From contig OY740787.1 of the NCBI GenBank assembly GCA_963514005.1, positions 71,052,001 through 71,116,000 on the forward strand: a stretch of 64,000 bases of DNA, given 5' to 3'. Every line of letters begins with the position of its first letter. Positions within the stretch are counted from its first letter, which is position 1. Origin of the DNA: Raja brachyura (lineage: Eukaryota). Below, in pieces: positions 1 through 14,689 of the stretch. The notes under the pieces were generated by a model that made no database searches, was not told the origin of the DNA, and was given only the letters and a program-made list of their open reading frames with translations. Position numbers and translations under genes: made by a program.

Positions 1-342
1 AGAAGGAAAGAATTGAAGATATTGTCGATATATGGTGAAATGGCAGGAGGAAGATTGTGTGAGGCATAAATACTAGCAGAGATCCATTAAGTTGATTATT
101 TTGTATACATAATTTAAAATTGTATGAATTTCCATGTACATAACAACTAAAGCACACAAATAACAAACAATGAAAGAAACCAATAAAAGATTCATTTTTA
201 GATTGGTAAGACCAGGATTTCCATCCAAATTGAAAGGATTGTACAAAATTCCACACAAGAGTAAAGTGTTCCTGGCAAAAGTATTAAGATTATGATGGTG
301 CAAATATATTGTTATAATATGAGTATCTTTGCAGATTTGTAC

Positions 343-426
343 CTTTGATTGGTGCAACTTCTTCTTTCCTCAGAACAATGGTTGCTTTTTCTTCTGGTAT
401 TATTGGCTTTTTGGGAACCTCTGGCA
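343..426 (-). CDS. TTN: Titin PEVK exon, 84 nt (VPEVPKKPIIPEEKATIVLRKEEVAPIK)
   Basis: AG/GT bounded, phase 1-1, 28-codon PPAK-type module. Confidence 0.9.
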
Positions 427-3400
427 CTTAAAATGATATATTTGTTTTAAGATAAGATTTACTTAAAGCACACATATATAAAAAAGAGTTGACATATAAA
501 TACGAGGTCAAGAAAAACATTGCAGTTAGCCAATGAGCTCAAAATAGTTTTTGTTTCTGGAGAAACAATATAATGAATACACCAAGAACAAATGATCTAA
601 GTAAACAAATGGAATATACATTTACTAATTTATTTTACATATGCTACCATCTGTATAAATATAAAGCACTTTAGTTCAAATATAATGTGTCAACTAACCA
701 TATACAAAATGTAAAATTTATTTTGGATTTGAATTAATTTCAACGTCAATAGGCAATTATTACCTTAACAAAAAATATGCTTATGATTTACTAAGAAACT
801 TTCATCAAAACCCTCTGTACAAATCATGAACGTCTTTTTTTTCCAATTTATTTGTATCAAATTTACAAAAAGGGTAGTTCTATTGATTAGAATTGTTATT
901 AAGTAAAACTAATTAAAATAGGCGGTTTAGTGGCACAGCAATAGAGTTGCTGCCTTACAGTGCCAGAGATCCAGGTTCAATCCTGACAGCAGGTGCTGTC
1001 TATATGTAGTTTGTATGTTCTCCTCATAACCTGCGTGGGTTTTTTTCCTGGCGCTCCCACACTCCAAAGACGAACAGGTTTGTAGACTAATTGGCTTAGT
1101 AAATTTGTAAATTATGCCAAGTGTGTGTAGGGTTGTGTTAGTATGTGGGGATCGCTGGCTAGCCGGACTTGGTGGGCCAAAGGGCCTATTTCCACCCTGT
1201 ATCTCTAAACGTATCTAAAATGTCTTAAAAATATACATATCATTCTAAAATTAAAAAAAAATACTTTGATAAATAAATATAGAAATAATAGGGAATATGT
1301 AGCTGTCCTAGGCAACTATCTGGTATTTTTTCATGAATTCTCTTTATGGCCAATGTTACCAGGTTGGTATGTCGTGAGGGGCCAATGTCAATCCCTTGAA
1401 GTAACTGGTTTCTCGTGGCAGGGTCTGAGTGGCAACATAGCCTCCGCTGCATTGAGAAAGCTCTATCCTCCAAAATAAGGATTTTATAGATAGCAAAGGT
1501 CCACTCCTACTTTGTCAGCTACAAAAACTTTAGAAGGCATTTTAATTTTTTTTATTGTTTCTGACTTCTGGAGGCTTTAGAAATCCAATAAAATTACATT
1601 AATACTAAGGAATAAAATCAAAAATTAAGAACCTCTGAAAACATAAGTTAAAAAAATTGAAGTGATGTAATCAAAAATGTAACCGTCTCCCAATTCACCA
1701 CTATAATGAGTGCTTGGCCAAACTACTGCAGGATCTAACGGGAAGGCAGGGATTCTTGTCAGAAATATTGTGATCCACTCCAATGAACTCAACATATGAA
1801 TTCCACATTGAATACAGGATTTGAAGATTCAGCATGAAAGGTACAAATTATTTTCTTTCTAACTGTGAAAATGTTGCCTTGTGAACTAAGTTATTGCAAG
1901 CCTGTCATCTGTATGTGTACCTTTAGCTGGAGGGACTTCCTCTTTTCTTGGAACAGTAACGGGTTTAACCTTTTCAGCAGGTGCCTTCTTGGGAATCTCT
2001 GGCACTTCAAAGAACATTATTGCTTTAATAACATGATAAATAAGCCTAACATTCTTGATTACATTACATTAATCAGATAAGCTAACATAACTGAACAAGG
2101 CATAAACATGAAAATGTTCTCTTGACTGAGAATAATTAGTGGACAGATAAAAGATTCAACTATTTGATTAATTTACCAATATCAGAATGGTGATTTCTTC
2201 AATCTGTTCACTTTACCATAAAATAATTTGACTCAGTTGTTTGCTGAGGTCCCATTTTCACAACACTGAATTTTGTAAGGCCATAATTTCCATTTGGAGC
2301 TAAAGTGCATGTCAAACACTAATAATCTGGTTCAGACCCTTTGCATTTTTAATACCTGGCATTAGAATAATCTCTTCTTGTTGCGTAATGGAAATCCGTT
2401 TCACTTCTTCAACAGCTTTCATAGATACTCCTGGAACTTGAAAGAATATTGTATTTTTACCATTACTATTCAGCTGGGATTATTTTGATAGTTTGGCAGA
2501 TGTCTACACTATTGATAGATATATATATCTATATAGATAACATGAAAAATGAATAACACAATTGACTAATCTAATGATTTGCAAATAACATTGTTTTCAC
2601 AATCGTGATATTTCTGTCTGCTTTCATATTTAAATAAATTACATTTCTATGAAATATCTGTATGAATTTGAAGTTAAATTTTGATTTAATAATAATTATT
2701 CAATACATTACGTAGACATATTTAAGCATTATCAACATGCAACCAGCGTTATTGTGAATTCAACAAAAGGTTCAATGCATATGTTCAATTATTTTAAACA
2801 TGATAACACACATGTATTGAGAAAACTAGGAACTATAATATTCTGAAATATCTGGCATGCTCAGAACTTTGGTGATGCTGGACTGGCAGATTTTCTGTAC
2901 AATTGTTCCCATCAACAAATTTGCAATTTTAAGTTTTACACTGTAATACAATACATTTTCCAGTGAATCCAGCAGGTTTAAAGGGCAGGTGTGAAACTGG
3001 TCCAGGATGTGTTTAATGAAAATGTGGGAAACGTGGCCCTGTTGAGTTTAAAGGGAACATGGGACCTCGTTCATTCGTTCCGATTATAGGGGCTAGGAGA
3101 AATAAGGCCCCGATGAGTTTAAAATGGAGCTGAGGAAACAGGAGGCAGGGTGAAAGTTGCTGAACCATGGGGATCTTTGAAGAATTAGCATGGCAGATTA
3201 TTGGAACTTTAATCGTAGCAATTAAATAAAAAGCAAACTTTTTGAGAACTTGAGACCATGAAGTATGAAGCAAATTAATATAAAATCTGTTATGTATTCA
3301 TTTTTACCTTTAGTTGGAACAACCTCATCTCTTGACACAGTAAAAGCTGTAATTTCTTCAGATATTGGTTTCTTGTGGATTTCTGGCACTTTGGTGAAAT

Positions 3401-6400
3401 TTAAGCAACAAATTATGACATGAAACACACAACGTGGATAATGTTGACTTAAAGTGATACTTCCTTTTGTAGCAACAAACGAGCACTACGATACTAAAAT
3501 AATTGCTATATATTCAGAAATGAAGCAATGTATCTTCACTTTACATCTTTTTCAAATTAAATGTCCAGTATTAATGATACGATTATTGTTCAAAATAATC
3601 ATGTTCACAAATAACTGACGTTAATTTCTGCATACTTCCAAATGTTGAATAAAATGTATAATGAATAAAATGTGCTATCTAAATGAATAAAAGTATTAGA
3701 TTGCTATTTGCTTAAATTAAAGAGTGTGAATAACCTAAACAATATGAAAAAAAATGAGTGAAAATAATTCAATACAGTAATCAATATATGAGTAGAGAGG
3801 CTACAAAAATAAATGGAACTGAAAAGACAAATATATATATTTTTTTCATAATTATCAACAGAAGTGCACCATGCAGAGATAATGTTGGGTAATCGTACCT
3901 TTTTTAGGAGAAATCTCTTCTTTTCTTAGCATAATTCTATCTACATCTTCAACAACTGGCGTCTTAGGAGCCTCGGGCACTTAAAAAAACCCCAAATAAA
4001 TGGTTTAAAAGAATGTACGTTTCTGTCTAATTTATTGTTCAAACAGGGAAGCAGACTGGGGACATTCTTCAATATGATTGCAGTTTAACTTCATGCAAAT
4101 ACCAGGGCCTTTGTGTCAATGTCTTTCATCAGTGACGTGGTAAAAGTTACAACCATTGAAGCAAATTAAACAATAAACCCACAATTTACAAACCATCCTT
4201 ATTTAACTTGAGTCAGTCAGATAGCAAACCTGTTCCATATAGGCAGTTTATTGGATGAGGTATGTGAAACGTTTTGCTAGTATTTGCACCCAAACCTCTA
4301 AATCATGTCTTCCCTTCCTTTGCCATGGGTGTCCATACGTCAGGACGGAATACTTTGCCTCCTTTTTATAATAGTCACACCATCAAGATTTGACAAAGTT
4401 CTCTCATTTATTTTTCCTGTTTGTCTTGGCTCACCCCTTCTGTCATTATGCTAGTTAAGGTGAGCTGACCCTACCTCTTCTCTATTCTTCTTGCAGTAGA
4501 ATTTGATATACAACTACAAGAATACAATCAGTATTGTAAAATGCGAACCACAAACCCAAGAGCTGTAATTGTCATGTCAAATGACAAAACTATCAGCATA
4601 AGAATTTACAAGCTTTCCCCTTATCTAACACTTTGTCGAACCCTACCGTTAATTATACATTTTATTTAACATTGATATTCTATTTTTTTCTTCAGTAAAA
4701 TATAATTTTCCAATACCTGTTTAAATCCAATTTAATTGATGTATTATTGTCAACAGAATAGTACTAATACAATCTATATTATCCATTGACTTGCAACAAT
4801 AGGAAATCAGAGGAATTCCAAGTCTGAATTTAGTGAATTTCCTGAAAATAAGATAACCTTAACAACAACAATAAACTAAGGACACATTATATACATTAAA
4901 CCTTATATACATTTTACCTGTTATTGGTAAACCCTTTTTCTTTTGGACAGGAACTGGTTCCACTGCTTCTAATGACACATTAAAAAAAATATTTTTGATT
5001 TAGTAATATGCTATCAAAAATTAAAATTATTCAGATTTCTAATGAAATTCATGTAAAACGGGTAGAATCTTCCATCACAGTACTCTACAAACAACCTTTC
5101 AGGCACATTACTGGAAATATGGGAAATTTTACTATAAAAACTTAATCCATATATTTAATAGTATTATTCATTGCAATTTGGGGTTGGTGACACTGCTTGT
5201 CAAACATCTAGTACAGCCATCTTGTATTATTGGGAAGATTGAATCTATTTTTTGCGGCATCACCCACAAACCCATCTCAGAAACTGCTTATCCTCTGAGG
5301 CTGAACTAAATTGGTTGCAACTTTAAATTGTCATTTTTATATCAAATGACACCTGTCGCACACAGTCGACTATGTCAAATTTTGATATGTATAATGTATA
5401 TGTTTAATGTTTAATTAACTATAATGCAAATGGAAAAACATATTTCAAGGGAAGGGACAAAATAGTTAAAGAACATGAAGAAGAAATGAAAACAACACAA
5501 CATTTAGGGGATGAACATGAATTAGGACATCTGTATCATGACACACATAAAAAGAAACACTCTCTTTCATCAAAGATAATGATGATTGTACAAGGAATAA
5601 TTCTACTATAAAGCATGTGCTGTCTTTTGTACCTGTTATTGTAGTAACCGTTTCTATTCGTGTAACTGATCTCACTTCTTCCACAGCAAACTCAGGAACT
5701 TATGGATAAAAGAATATCAAAAATGTGGACTTAAAAGAAATGAACATACAAATACACATTACATTAACTAGAAAGATGCTGCAAACACATACAACATTGT
5801 GGTAATCACATCATAATTTCTCATTCTGCATTATGGTCTTGGTAATAAGAATCTAGGAACATAGACTCCACTTGGGCAGTGGAGGCCAAGTCATTGGATG
5901 GATTTAAGAGAGTTAGATAGAGCTCTAGGGGCTAGTGGAGTCAAGGGATATGGGGAGAAGGCAGGCACGGGTTATTGATAGGGGACGATCAGTCATGATC
6001 ACAATGAATGGCGGTGCTGGCTCGAAGGCTGAATGGCCTACGCCTGCACCTATTTTCAAAATAAGCCATGTTTTGTTCTATATAACCAATCATTATGCAA
6101 GTATCAAATTTATTTTGTGGGCAAGGCCTACAAAATATAGCACAAATACAGAAATAAAATTGGAAAACAGCACAAACTGGGAAAAAAAAACAAATAGGAA
6201 GGCATTGGCTATCTGAAAAGCTTAAAACAAAAATATTTTTCAAGATAATGATCTGATGTTTCTCCAAAGAAACAATAAATGTATAAAATGTATGTCTTCT
6301 TTTGTACCTTTCAATGGAGCAGTTGCTTCTCTCCGTGTAACTGGTTTTGCTTCTTCAGGAATAAACTCAGGAGTAATTGCTTTTTTCCGTAAAACTGGTT

Positions 6401-9400
6401 TCACTTCTTCAGGAATAAACTCAGGAGGAGCAATTGCTTCTCTCCGTGTAACTGGTTTTGCTTCTTCAGGAATAAACTCAGGAGGAGCAGTTGCTTTTTT
6501 CCGTGTAACTGGTTTTGCTTCTTCAGGAATAAACTCAGGAGGAGCAATTGCTTTTTTCCGTATAACTGGTTTCACTTCTTCAGGAATAAACTCAGGAGGA
6601 GCAGTTGCTTTTTTCCGTGTAACTGGTTTTGCTTCTTCAGGAATAAACTCAGGAGGAGCAATTGCTTTTTTCCGTATAACTGGTTTCACTTCTTCAGGAA
6701 TAAACTCAGGAGGAGCAATTGCTTTTTTCCGTATAACTGGTTTCACTTCTTCAGGAATAAACTCAGGAGGAGCAATTGCTTTTTTCCGTATAACTGGTTT
6801 AGCTTCTTCAGGAATAAACTCAGGAGGAGCAATTGCTTTTTTCCGAATAACTGGTGTAACTTCCTCAGGAATTAACTCAGGAGGAGCAATTGCTTTTTTC
6901 CGTAAAACTGGTTTTGCTTCTTCAGGAATAAACTCAGGAGGAGCAATTGCTTTTTTCCGAATAACTGGTGTAACTTCCTCAGGAATAAACTCAGGAGGAG
7001 CAATTGCTTTTTTCCGTGTAACTGGTTTAGCTTCTTCAGGAATAAACTCAGGAGGAGCAATTGCTTTTTTCCGTATAACTGGTTCAGCTTCTTCAGGTAC
7101 ATACTCGGGAATCTCAGGCACTTTAAGAATTTTGGACAAAAGAATGTGAAAGATGTAGAATGTTTGAATACGGCAATACACATAACATTAAACACAATGG
7201 AGTCACAAATACTTGACAGTTTACCATTTCATGTTAATCGCATAATAATCTAATCAGGGAATAAATCAGGGAAGGTAGTGCATCCGTGGATAACAAGGGA
7301 AATCAGGGATAGTATCAAAGCAAAGGATGATGCGTACAAAGTAGCCAGAAAAAGGAGCATACCAGAGGACTGGGAGAAATTCAGAGACCAGCAGAGGAGG
7401 ACAAAGGGCTTAATTAGGAAAGGAAAAATAGATTATGAAAGAAAACTGGCAAGGAACATAAAAACTGACTGCAAAAGTTTTTATAGATATGTGAAGAGAA
7501 AGAGATTAGTTAAAACAAATGTAGGTCCCTTGCAGTCAGAAACAGGTGAGTTGATCATGGGGAACAAGGATATGGCGGACCAATTGAATAACTACTTTGG
7601 TTCCGTCTTCACTAAGGAAGACATAAATAATCTGCCGGAAATAGCAGGGGACCGCGGGTCAAAGAAGGAATTGAGTGAAATCCAGGTTAGTCGGGAAGTG
7701 GTGTTGGGTAAATTGAATGGATTAAAGGCCGATAAATCCCCAGGGCCAGATAGGCTGCATCCCAGAGTACTTAAGGAAGTAGCTCCGGAAATAGTGGATG
7801 CATTAGTGATAATGTTTCAAAACTCTTTAGATTCTGGAGTAGTTCCTGAGGATTGGTGAGTAGCAAACGTAACCCCTCTTTTGAAGAAGGGAGGGAGAGA
7901 GAAAACGGGGAATTACAGACCACTTAGTCTAACATCGGTAGTGGGGAAACTGCTAGACTCAGTTATTAAAGATGGGATAGCAGCACATTTGGAAAGTGGT
8001 GAAATCATTGGACAAAGTCAGCATGGATTTATGAAAGGTAAATCATGTCTGGCGAATCTTGTGGAATTTTTCGAGGATGTAACTAGTAGCGTGGATAGGG
8101 GAGAACCAGTGGATGTGGTGTATCTGGATTTCCAGAAGGCTTTCGACAAGGTCCCACATAAGAGATTAGTATACAAACTTAACGCATACGGCATTGGGGG
8201 TTCAGTATTGATGTGGATAGAGAACTGGCTGGCAAACAGTAAGCAAAGAGTAGGAGTAAACGGGTCCTTTTCACAATGGCAGGCAGTCACTAGTGGGGTT
8301 CCGCAAGGCTCAGTGTTGGGACCCCAGCTATTTACAATATACATTAATGATCTGGATGAGGGAATTGAAGGCAATATCTCCAAGTTTGCGGATGACACTA
8401 AGCTGGGGGGCAGTGTTAGCTGTGAGGAGGATGCTAGGAGACTGCAAGGTGACTTGGATAGGCTGGATGAGTGGGCAAATGTTTGGCAGATGCAGTATAA
8501 TGTGGATAAATGTGAGGTTATCCACTTTGGTGGCAAAAACAGGAAAGCAGACTATTATCTACATGGTGGCCGATTAGGAAAAGGGGAGATGCAGCGCGAC
8601 CTGGGTGTCATGGTACACCAGTCATTGAAAGTAGGCATGCAGGTGCAGCAGGCAGTGAAGAAAGCGAATGGCATCCATAGCAAAAGGATTTGAGTATAGG
8701 AGCAGGGAGGTTCTACTTCAGTTGTATAGGGTCTTGGTGAGACCACACCTGGAGTATTGCGTACAATTCTCGTCTCCAAATCTGAGGAAGGACATTATTG
8801 CCATAGAGGGAGTGCAGAGAAGGTTCACCAGATTGATTCCTGGGATGTCAGGACTGTCTTATGAAGAAAGACTGGATAGACTCGGTTTATACTCTCTAGA
8901 ATTTAGGAGATTGAGAGGGGATCTTATAGAAACTTACAAAATTCTTAAGGGGTTGGACAGGCTAGATGCAGGAAGATTGTTCCTGATGTTGGGGAGGTCC
9001 AGGACAAGGGGTCACAGCTTAAGGATAAGAGGGAAATCCTTTAGGACCGAAATGAGAAGGACTTTTTTCACACAGAGAGTGGTGGGTCTCTGGAACTCTC
9101 TGCCACAGAGGGTAGTTGAGGCCAGTTCATTGGCTATATTTAAGAGGGAGTTAGATGCGGCCCTTGTGGCTAAGGGGATCAGAGGGTATGGAGAGAAGGC
9201 AGGTACGGGATACTGAGTTGGATGATCAGCCATGATCATATTGAATGGCGGTGCAGGCTCGAAGGGCCGAATGGCCTACTCCTGCACCTAATTTCTATGT
9301 TTCTATGTTTCTCATTCATTTAATGTTATATATTGATATATCTATCTTACAATGTGTTGTAGATTAAAAGAGCACCAAATACCAAAATTTAGGGATATTT

Positions 9401-12400
9401 TAAATTTCGGCTATCAAGGCACTTGTATCTTTTTAATTCAAATCTCCTCTCCACGTTTTCCAATTCTTCTGGTTGTACTATCTAATTTTATTATGAACAG
9501 TACTCAAATCACCATGTACAGCTATGGGTGTTTTTAGAATCACTTTCCAATAAATCTATCTTGTAAGATCATCATACTTTTAGGATGATATTATGTTTAT
9601 GATTGGATATCCTATGCATGCTAGAAGAGTGAAAGCATACCTTCTTGCTAACATTTAACATTTATTTTCAAAATAGCTTTACAAATGGTAAATCTACAGT
9701 ATTAAAGGTTTCAAGTTTAATATAAAGTGTCACAGAGTGATGGGTATACTCAGAAAATTTCCAGGGCAGGAAATTTCAGTCTGAATGTTTACATCAATGT
9801 TATTTTTTAAAAATGTAACAGTTTATTAATTTCTACTAGACCAATAATCACATACATATGTTGTCATGTGCATGTATGCTTTGCAATTTTTTTCTAATAT
9901 GCAACTGAATTATTCTTACATTATAAATATTACCATGTGCCATGAGGAAGGAATCATTGTAGAGAAGTCCATTGACCTGATCATCCTGGCATCTACTGAC
10001 TTTATATTTCTTCCTTTGCTATGAGATTGCAGGAGGATGTTATTTCTAGGGGATATTTCCTACCTGAGATTCACTTTTACGAGTCTTGTTTAATTTCCTA
10101 GTCATGCTACATTGCATAAGAAATGCCAAATAATGCACTAAATGCATTGAAGGAATTAGTTAATGCAAATTCCAAATAATAGGTCCTTCCATTCCTGTCA
10201 TAGTATCTCTGTGTACTTATTATCTGCATTGTTTCTGTAAAGTGCCAAATATCTGTAAAATTACAGTGAAGGCAATAAAATATCAACTCAAGTTAACCAA
10301 TATGTAATGTATGAACCCTTTAGATAGTTACGGTTGGTTTGGGAAAAGTGAGACCCATCTCCTGTTATTTCGCAAAGGTTGTGTCACTGGAGTTTGAGAT
10401 ATGGCATAAACTAAAAAAATTAGCTCCTGAATAACAGTATAGTTGCCAAACAGCATCTTACACTGATTGACATAATGAGATGCCCACTGGGCATACATTT
10501 GCCTTGTAGTTGGTGCTTTATTGTCAATACAATGTTACACATTAAACTGATACAGATGCACAAACAAAGAACGAAACAACATATTGTAAAACAAAATTAA
10601 TAAATAGCAGAGCACTGACAATTTGAGGGCTCTAAAAGAGACAAATCTTTCTGCAGTAATGAGAAGATTGTACGTTCTCCCCATGAGGAAAACCTGCATG
10701 GGTTTTCTCCGAGATCTTTGGATCCTCCCACATTCCAAAGACGTACAGGTTTAATGGTGGGCCGAAGGTCCTGTTTCCATACTGTATCTCTAAACGAAAC
10801 TAAAAAACTAAAACACTATGTATTGAAAAATAAATATTAGAAGAATGTATGTGCCTTTTGTACCTTTTATTGGAACAATCTTTTCTTTTTTTGTAACTCG
10901 TTTCACTTCTTCAGGAACATATTCTGCAACCTCAGGCACTTCAAGAGATTTAATTTTTGGAGAAACATATTAGACATAAACGTATTTTGACACAGCAATA
11001 CATATAACATTAACCACAAAATAAACAACTGATAAATTACATGATCTGTTATCTTGAGAAAGTAATTCAAGATGCTCTCATCTGTATTATGGTTTAGAAG
11101 AATTCAAAATGTATGAAATTCTAATGTGGCAGGGTCTCTACCCTCTGCCTCCACAGATACTGCCTGACCCACCGAGTTCCTCCAGCAGTTTGTTTTTGCT
11201 CCAGATTCCAAATACTTCAATCTCTTGTGTCCTTAAGATTTTCTGTTATCAGTTTCAGAGATCAATGCTAATGCCTCCAAACACATCTGTATATTTTAAT
11301 TATATATATTATACTACTCTTTATTGATAAATAACTGAAACATAAATATTGCAATACTGCATTTCCAGCTGCAATCTGGAAGGAACATAAGAATTATTTG
11401 GTTTTGTTAAGGGCCTGTCCCACTTTCCCGAGTTATTCACGAATTCTCCCGAATTTTCAAACTCGCAGAATGCTCGTAACGGGTCCGTAGGAGTCCATGG
11501 ATATATCGTAGCGGCTTGTAATGCCAGCCGTAGTTACTCGGGGGATCAGGTAAGTCAGGACGTTTTTTCGGCCTGATGAGATATGTCCACGAGTAAAAAA
11601 ATAGCCCTGAGTACCTACGGCTGGCATAATGAGCGCTACGATATATCCACGGATGTATATACGTGAATAACTTGGGAAAGCGGGACAGGCCCTTTACCTT
11701 GATAGCTTCTATCAATGCTATCCTAATCCTGTCCTCATCTTGCTTTGAAGGTAGAACTATAGTTCTAACAGGTAGATTATGTAATTGTAGACATCCCTAA
11801 AGAGGTATATGGTTACTTACTAACATTCAGGTAGTCATAAGGTCATGTGATAGGAGCAGAATTAGGCCATTCGGCCTATCAAATCTACTCCACCATTCAA
11901 TCATGGTTGATCTATCTTTCCCTCCTAACCCCATTCTCCTGCCTTCTCCCCATAACCATTGACACCTGTACTAAGCAAGAATCTACCTATCTCTTTAGGT
12001 AGTTAATTATGTCACTGAAACAAAGACATAGCCTCCCGTCAGGTGCCACTTTCCCCTTCTCCTCTTCCAATTCCTCCTTTCCCCCTTCTCCTCTCCCAAC
12101 AGTTTGCCTCTGTATGCAATGGGAACAAAAACCTAATATATCATTCCAGGAGCAACTGACATGTGCAAATGTCAGAAGACAGCACACTGTTTCAGAGCTT
12201 GATACATAACTCTGTGTACTGCTGTAAATGTAGCCATCTCTTGATAGCAACAATCATTTATAAAATTGCAGTATTAGCAAGAAAAAAAAAATCCAAGAAT
12301 TTATGTACTCATTGGTAGACAAAAATGCTGTAGAAACTCAGCGGGTGAGGCAGCATCTATGGAGCGAAGGAATAGGTGACGTTTCAGGTCGAGACCCTTC

Positions 12401-14628
12401 TTCAGACTCATTCAGTACTCGATCCCTTTAAACTGCAATATATGGGTGTGTCAAGAGTGTGATGGGGTGAGAGTGGGAATGTCTTCCTGCAGCTTGATGT
12501 TCACTCAGATGCCTTTAAAAATATATGCTAGCCAATTGAGCTCTATATTGGCACTGCTGATGTTACAATCAGATTCACACAGTTTCAACTGCTGCCTATG
12601 TTGAATACTTTTGGCTGGCATAATATTGTGTTTGGCATGTTCATGTTGCAGATACGGGGTAGATTTTTTAAATATCTGCAGCGTCCAAACAATGGTTACA
12701 GCTGAGCTAAATGTTACTCTGTTCATAAGCATGATGAAAGTATCACAATCATTTTAATTAGAAAGACAGCATGAAACACATAAAACAACACAAAGTGATG
12801 AGCTCTAAAATTACAACAACCATGGAATAAGATTAGCACATAGAAAGGCAACACATATTTACAACACAAATACTTTCCAAAATAAGATAAATAAATTATT
12901 CAAAGAATCATTCCAATATAAAATGTCTTCTTTTGTACCTTTTATTGGAGCAACCTTTTCTTTTCGTGAAACTGGCTTCACTTCTTCAGGAATAAACTCG
13001 GGAACACCAGACACTTGAAGAAAGTTAATTTTTTGACAAAAGAACATCAAAGATGTGCACATTTAACATTTTAAAACAATATACCTAAAATTAAACATGG
13101 AAGCTGTAATTAAGACATGACACTCTTGTACTAATAACACAATTTGTATTTTGGATAATGGTTGAGTTTAGATTATTGCCACTTGTACCGAGGTACAGTG
13201 ATGAGCGTTCTGGTATATATTATTATTGTTTTAGGAAGCCTAGATTATTAATGGGAGCTGCAGCCCGTCATGCCATTATACATTGACCACTGCACATTTC
13301 AATGTCCAGTTCTGGGCAGCCCAAAGGGACTTTTGCAATGTAAATCTCATCACTCCCTGCAAAATGATTTCTACAAGTATCACAGCAATTCTAAAATGAA
13401 AATAACCCAAACTAACATAATATTTGTTTCAATACAACTGTCAGAGGCGTGGGATGACTTAAGACATTTTGCTGCTTAATACTTAATCAGCCACTCTTGC
13501 AGCACTGAGCTCTGCATCACAAGTCCTGGTGCTTAATCAACATTTGCGAAATTGATTCAATGAGTTGAAGCAAGGCTTACTTCTTGCATGTATGCAGTGC
13601 ACCATCATCATTATGGGTTTTGATGTAGAGCACTGGATGCCATTTGATGTAGAACACTGGATCATTGGATGTAGGCACTGGATGCCATTTTGGAATCCAA
13701 TTTCCAACTTATTGCCAAACAGTAGGTGCTGCTATAGCTATATTTTACATTGTCTGTTTTAATCATTGTATAACCATAATAAAGGTACCAAAAGTATTTT
13801 GTACAAAGACACACTCTGTATAATGGCACAAGCAAAACATTGCTGCATTAAATATGGCAGCAAATAACTGAATGCAAAAAAAGAATATTGTCAATACGAA
13901 ACTTCATAAGCTTCCAAGATAATTAAAAGAGAAATTCTGATATGATTCATTTTATACCTTTGATTGGAGCAACACCTTTTTCTGTAATTGGTTTCACTTC
14001 TTCAGGAACAAACTTGGCAACTTCAGGAACTTAAAGATATTTGTTTTTTGGTTAAAAGAATGTCAAAAATGTGAACATTTTACAATGATGCACATAAACC
14101 ACAAAAGCAACAACACATACATGGCACAGTCCACCATCTTGTCTAATCGTATAATAATCTTTCATTTTATATCATGTTTCTGGTATACCTAAAGTTAAGC
14201 TAGTTAATTAATAAAGCAGCACAGCAAACTTGATTCCATACTCATCATTGAGATAGATTAATATTCATTCTCATTCAACTCAATTCATATTTTTCACAAA
14301 AGTTCAATTCAATATAATTATGATTTCTTATGGATAAATCAAAACCCAATTATAGACCTTGGTATTATTGGATAAAATTCTATATAAGAAGGCTTATTGC
14401 TTTAGTGTGCATGGAATGGTCATGTTTGGACATAATATTCCTATGGTATGCTAGTGCAGCCATATATATTTATGAATACATATTATTTAGAACAATGAGC
14501 TCCAAATTAGAATCCTGATACCCTATCATCGTTACAATCTGCAGGGCATTAAAATCTGCCTATATTACATTCTTAAAGGCAGGCCTCAGTCATTTACAAT
14601 AACACAGTTATTGGTGTAACTCACATCA

Positions 14629-14689
<61 letters not shown>

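Noticed and set aside
921-1000. tRNA-like A/B boxes as a tRNA gene
   Set aside because: Head of a SINE; no complete cloverleaf and it continues into the SINE core and tail
6318-7110. Regular repeat array resembling a CRISPR array
   Set aside because: No unique spacers, coding tandem repeat, eukaryotic context
6256-7149. 297-aa plus-strand ORF of SSGINSGGAIAFFRITG repeats
   Set aside because: Antisense shadow of the PEVK repeat exon; a stop-free 57-nt unit stays open automatically, and splice sites support the minus strand
7278-9216. Reverse transcriptase ORFs as a domesticated gene or novel RT system
   Set aside because: Ordinary 5'-truncated CR1 with a stop codon and frameshift
12030-12115. 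Purine-rich minus-strand tract (GEGGKEELEEEKGKVAP) as a poly-E exon
   Set aside because: The phase-1 frame from the nearest AG hits a stop and there is no good donor
13615-13692. Three short imperfect repeats GATGTAG..CACTGGAT
   Set aside because: Local slippage-type intronic repeat with no evident function; same for 18825-18870, 22530-22560 and 50220-50265
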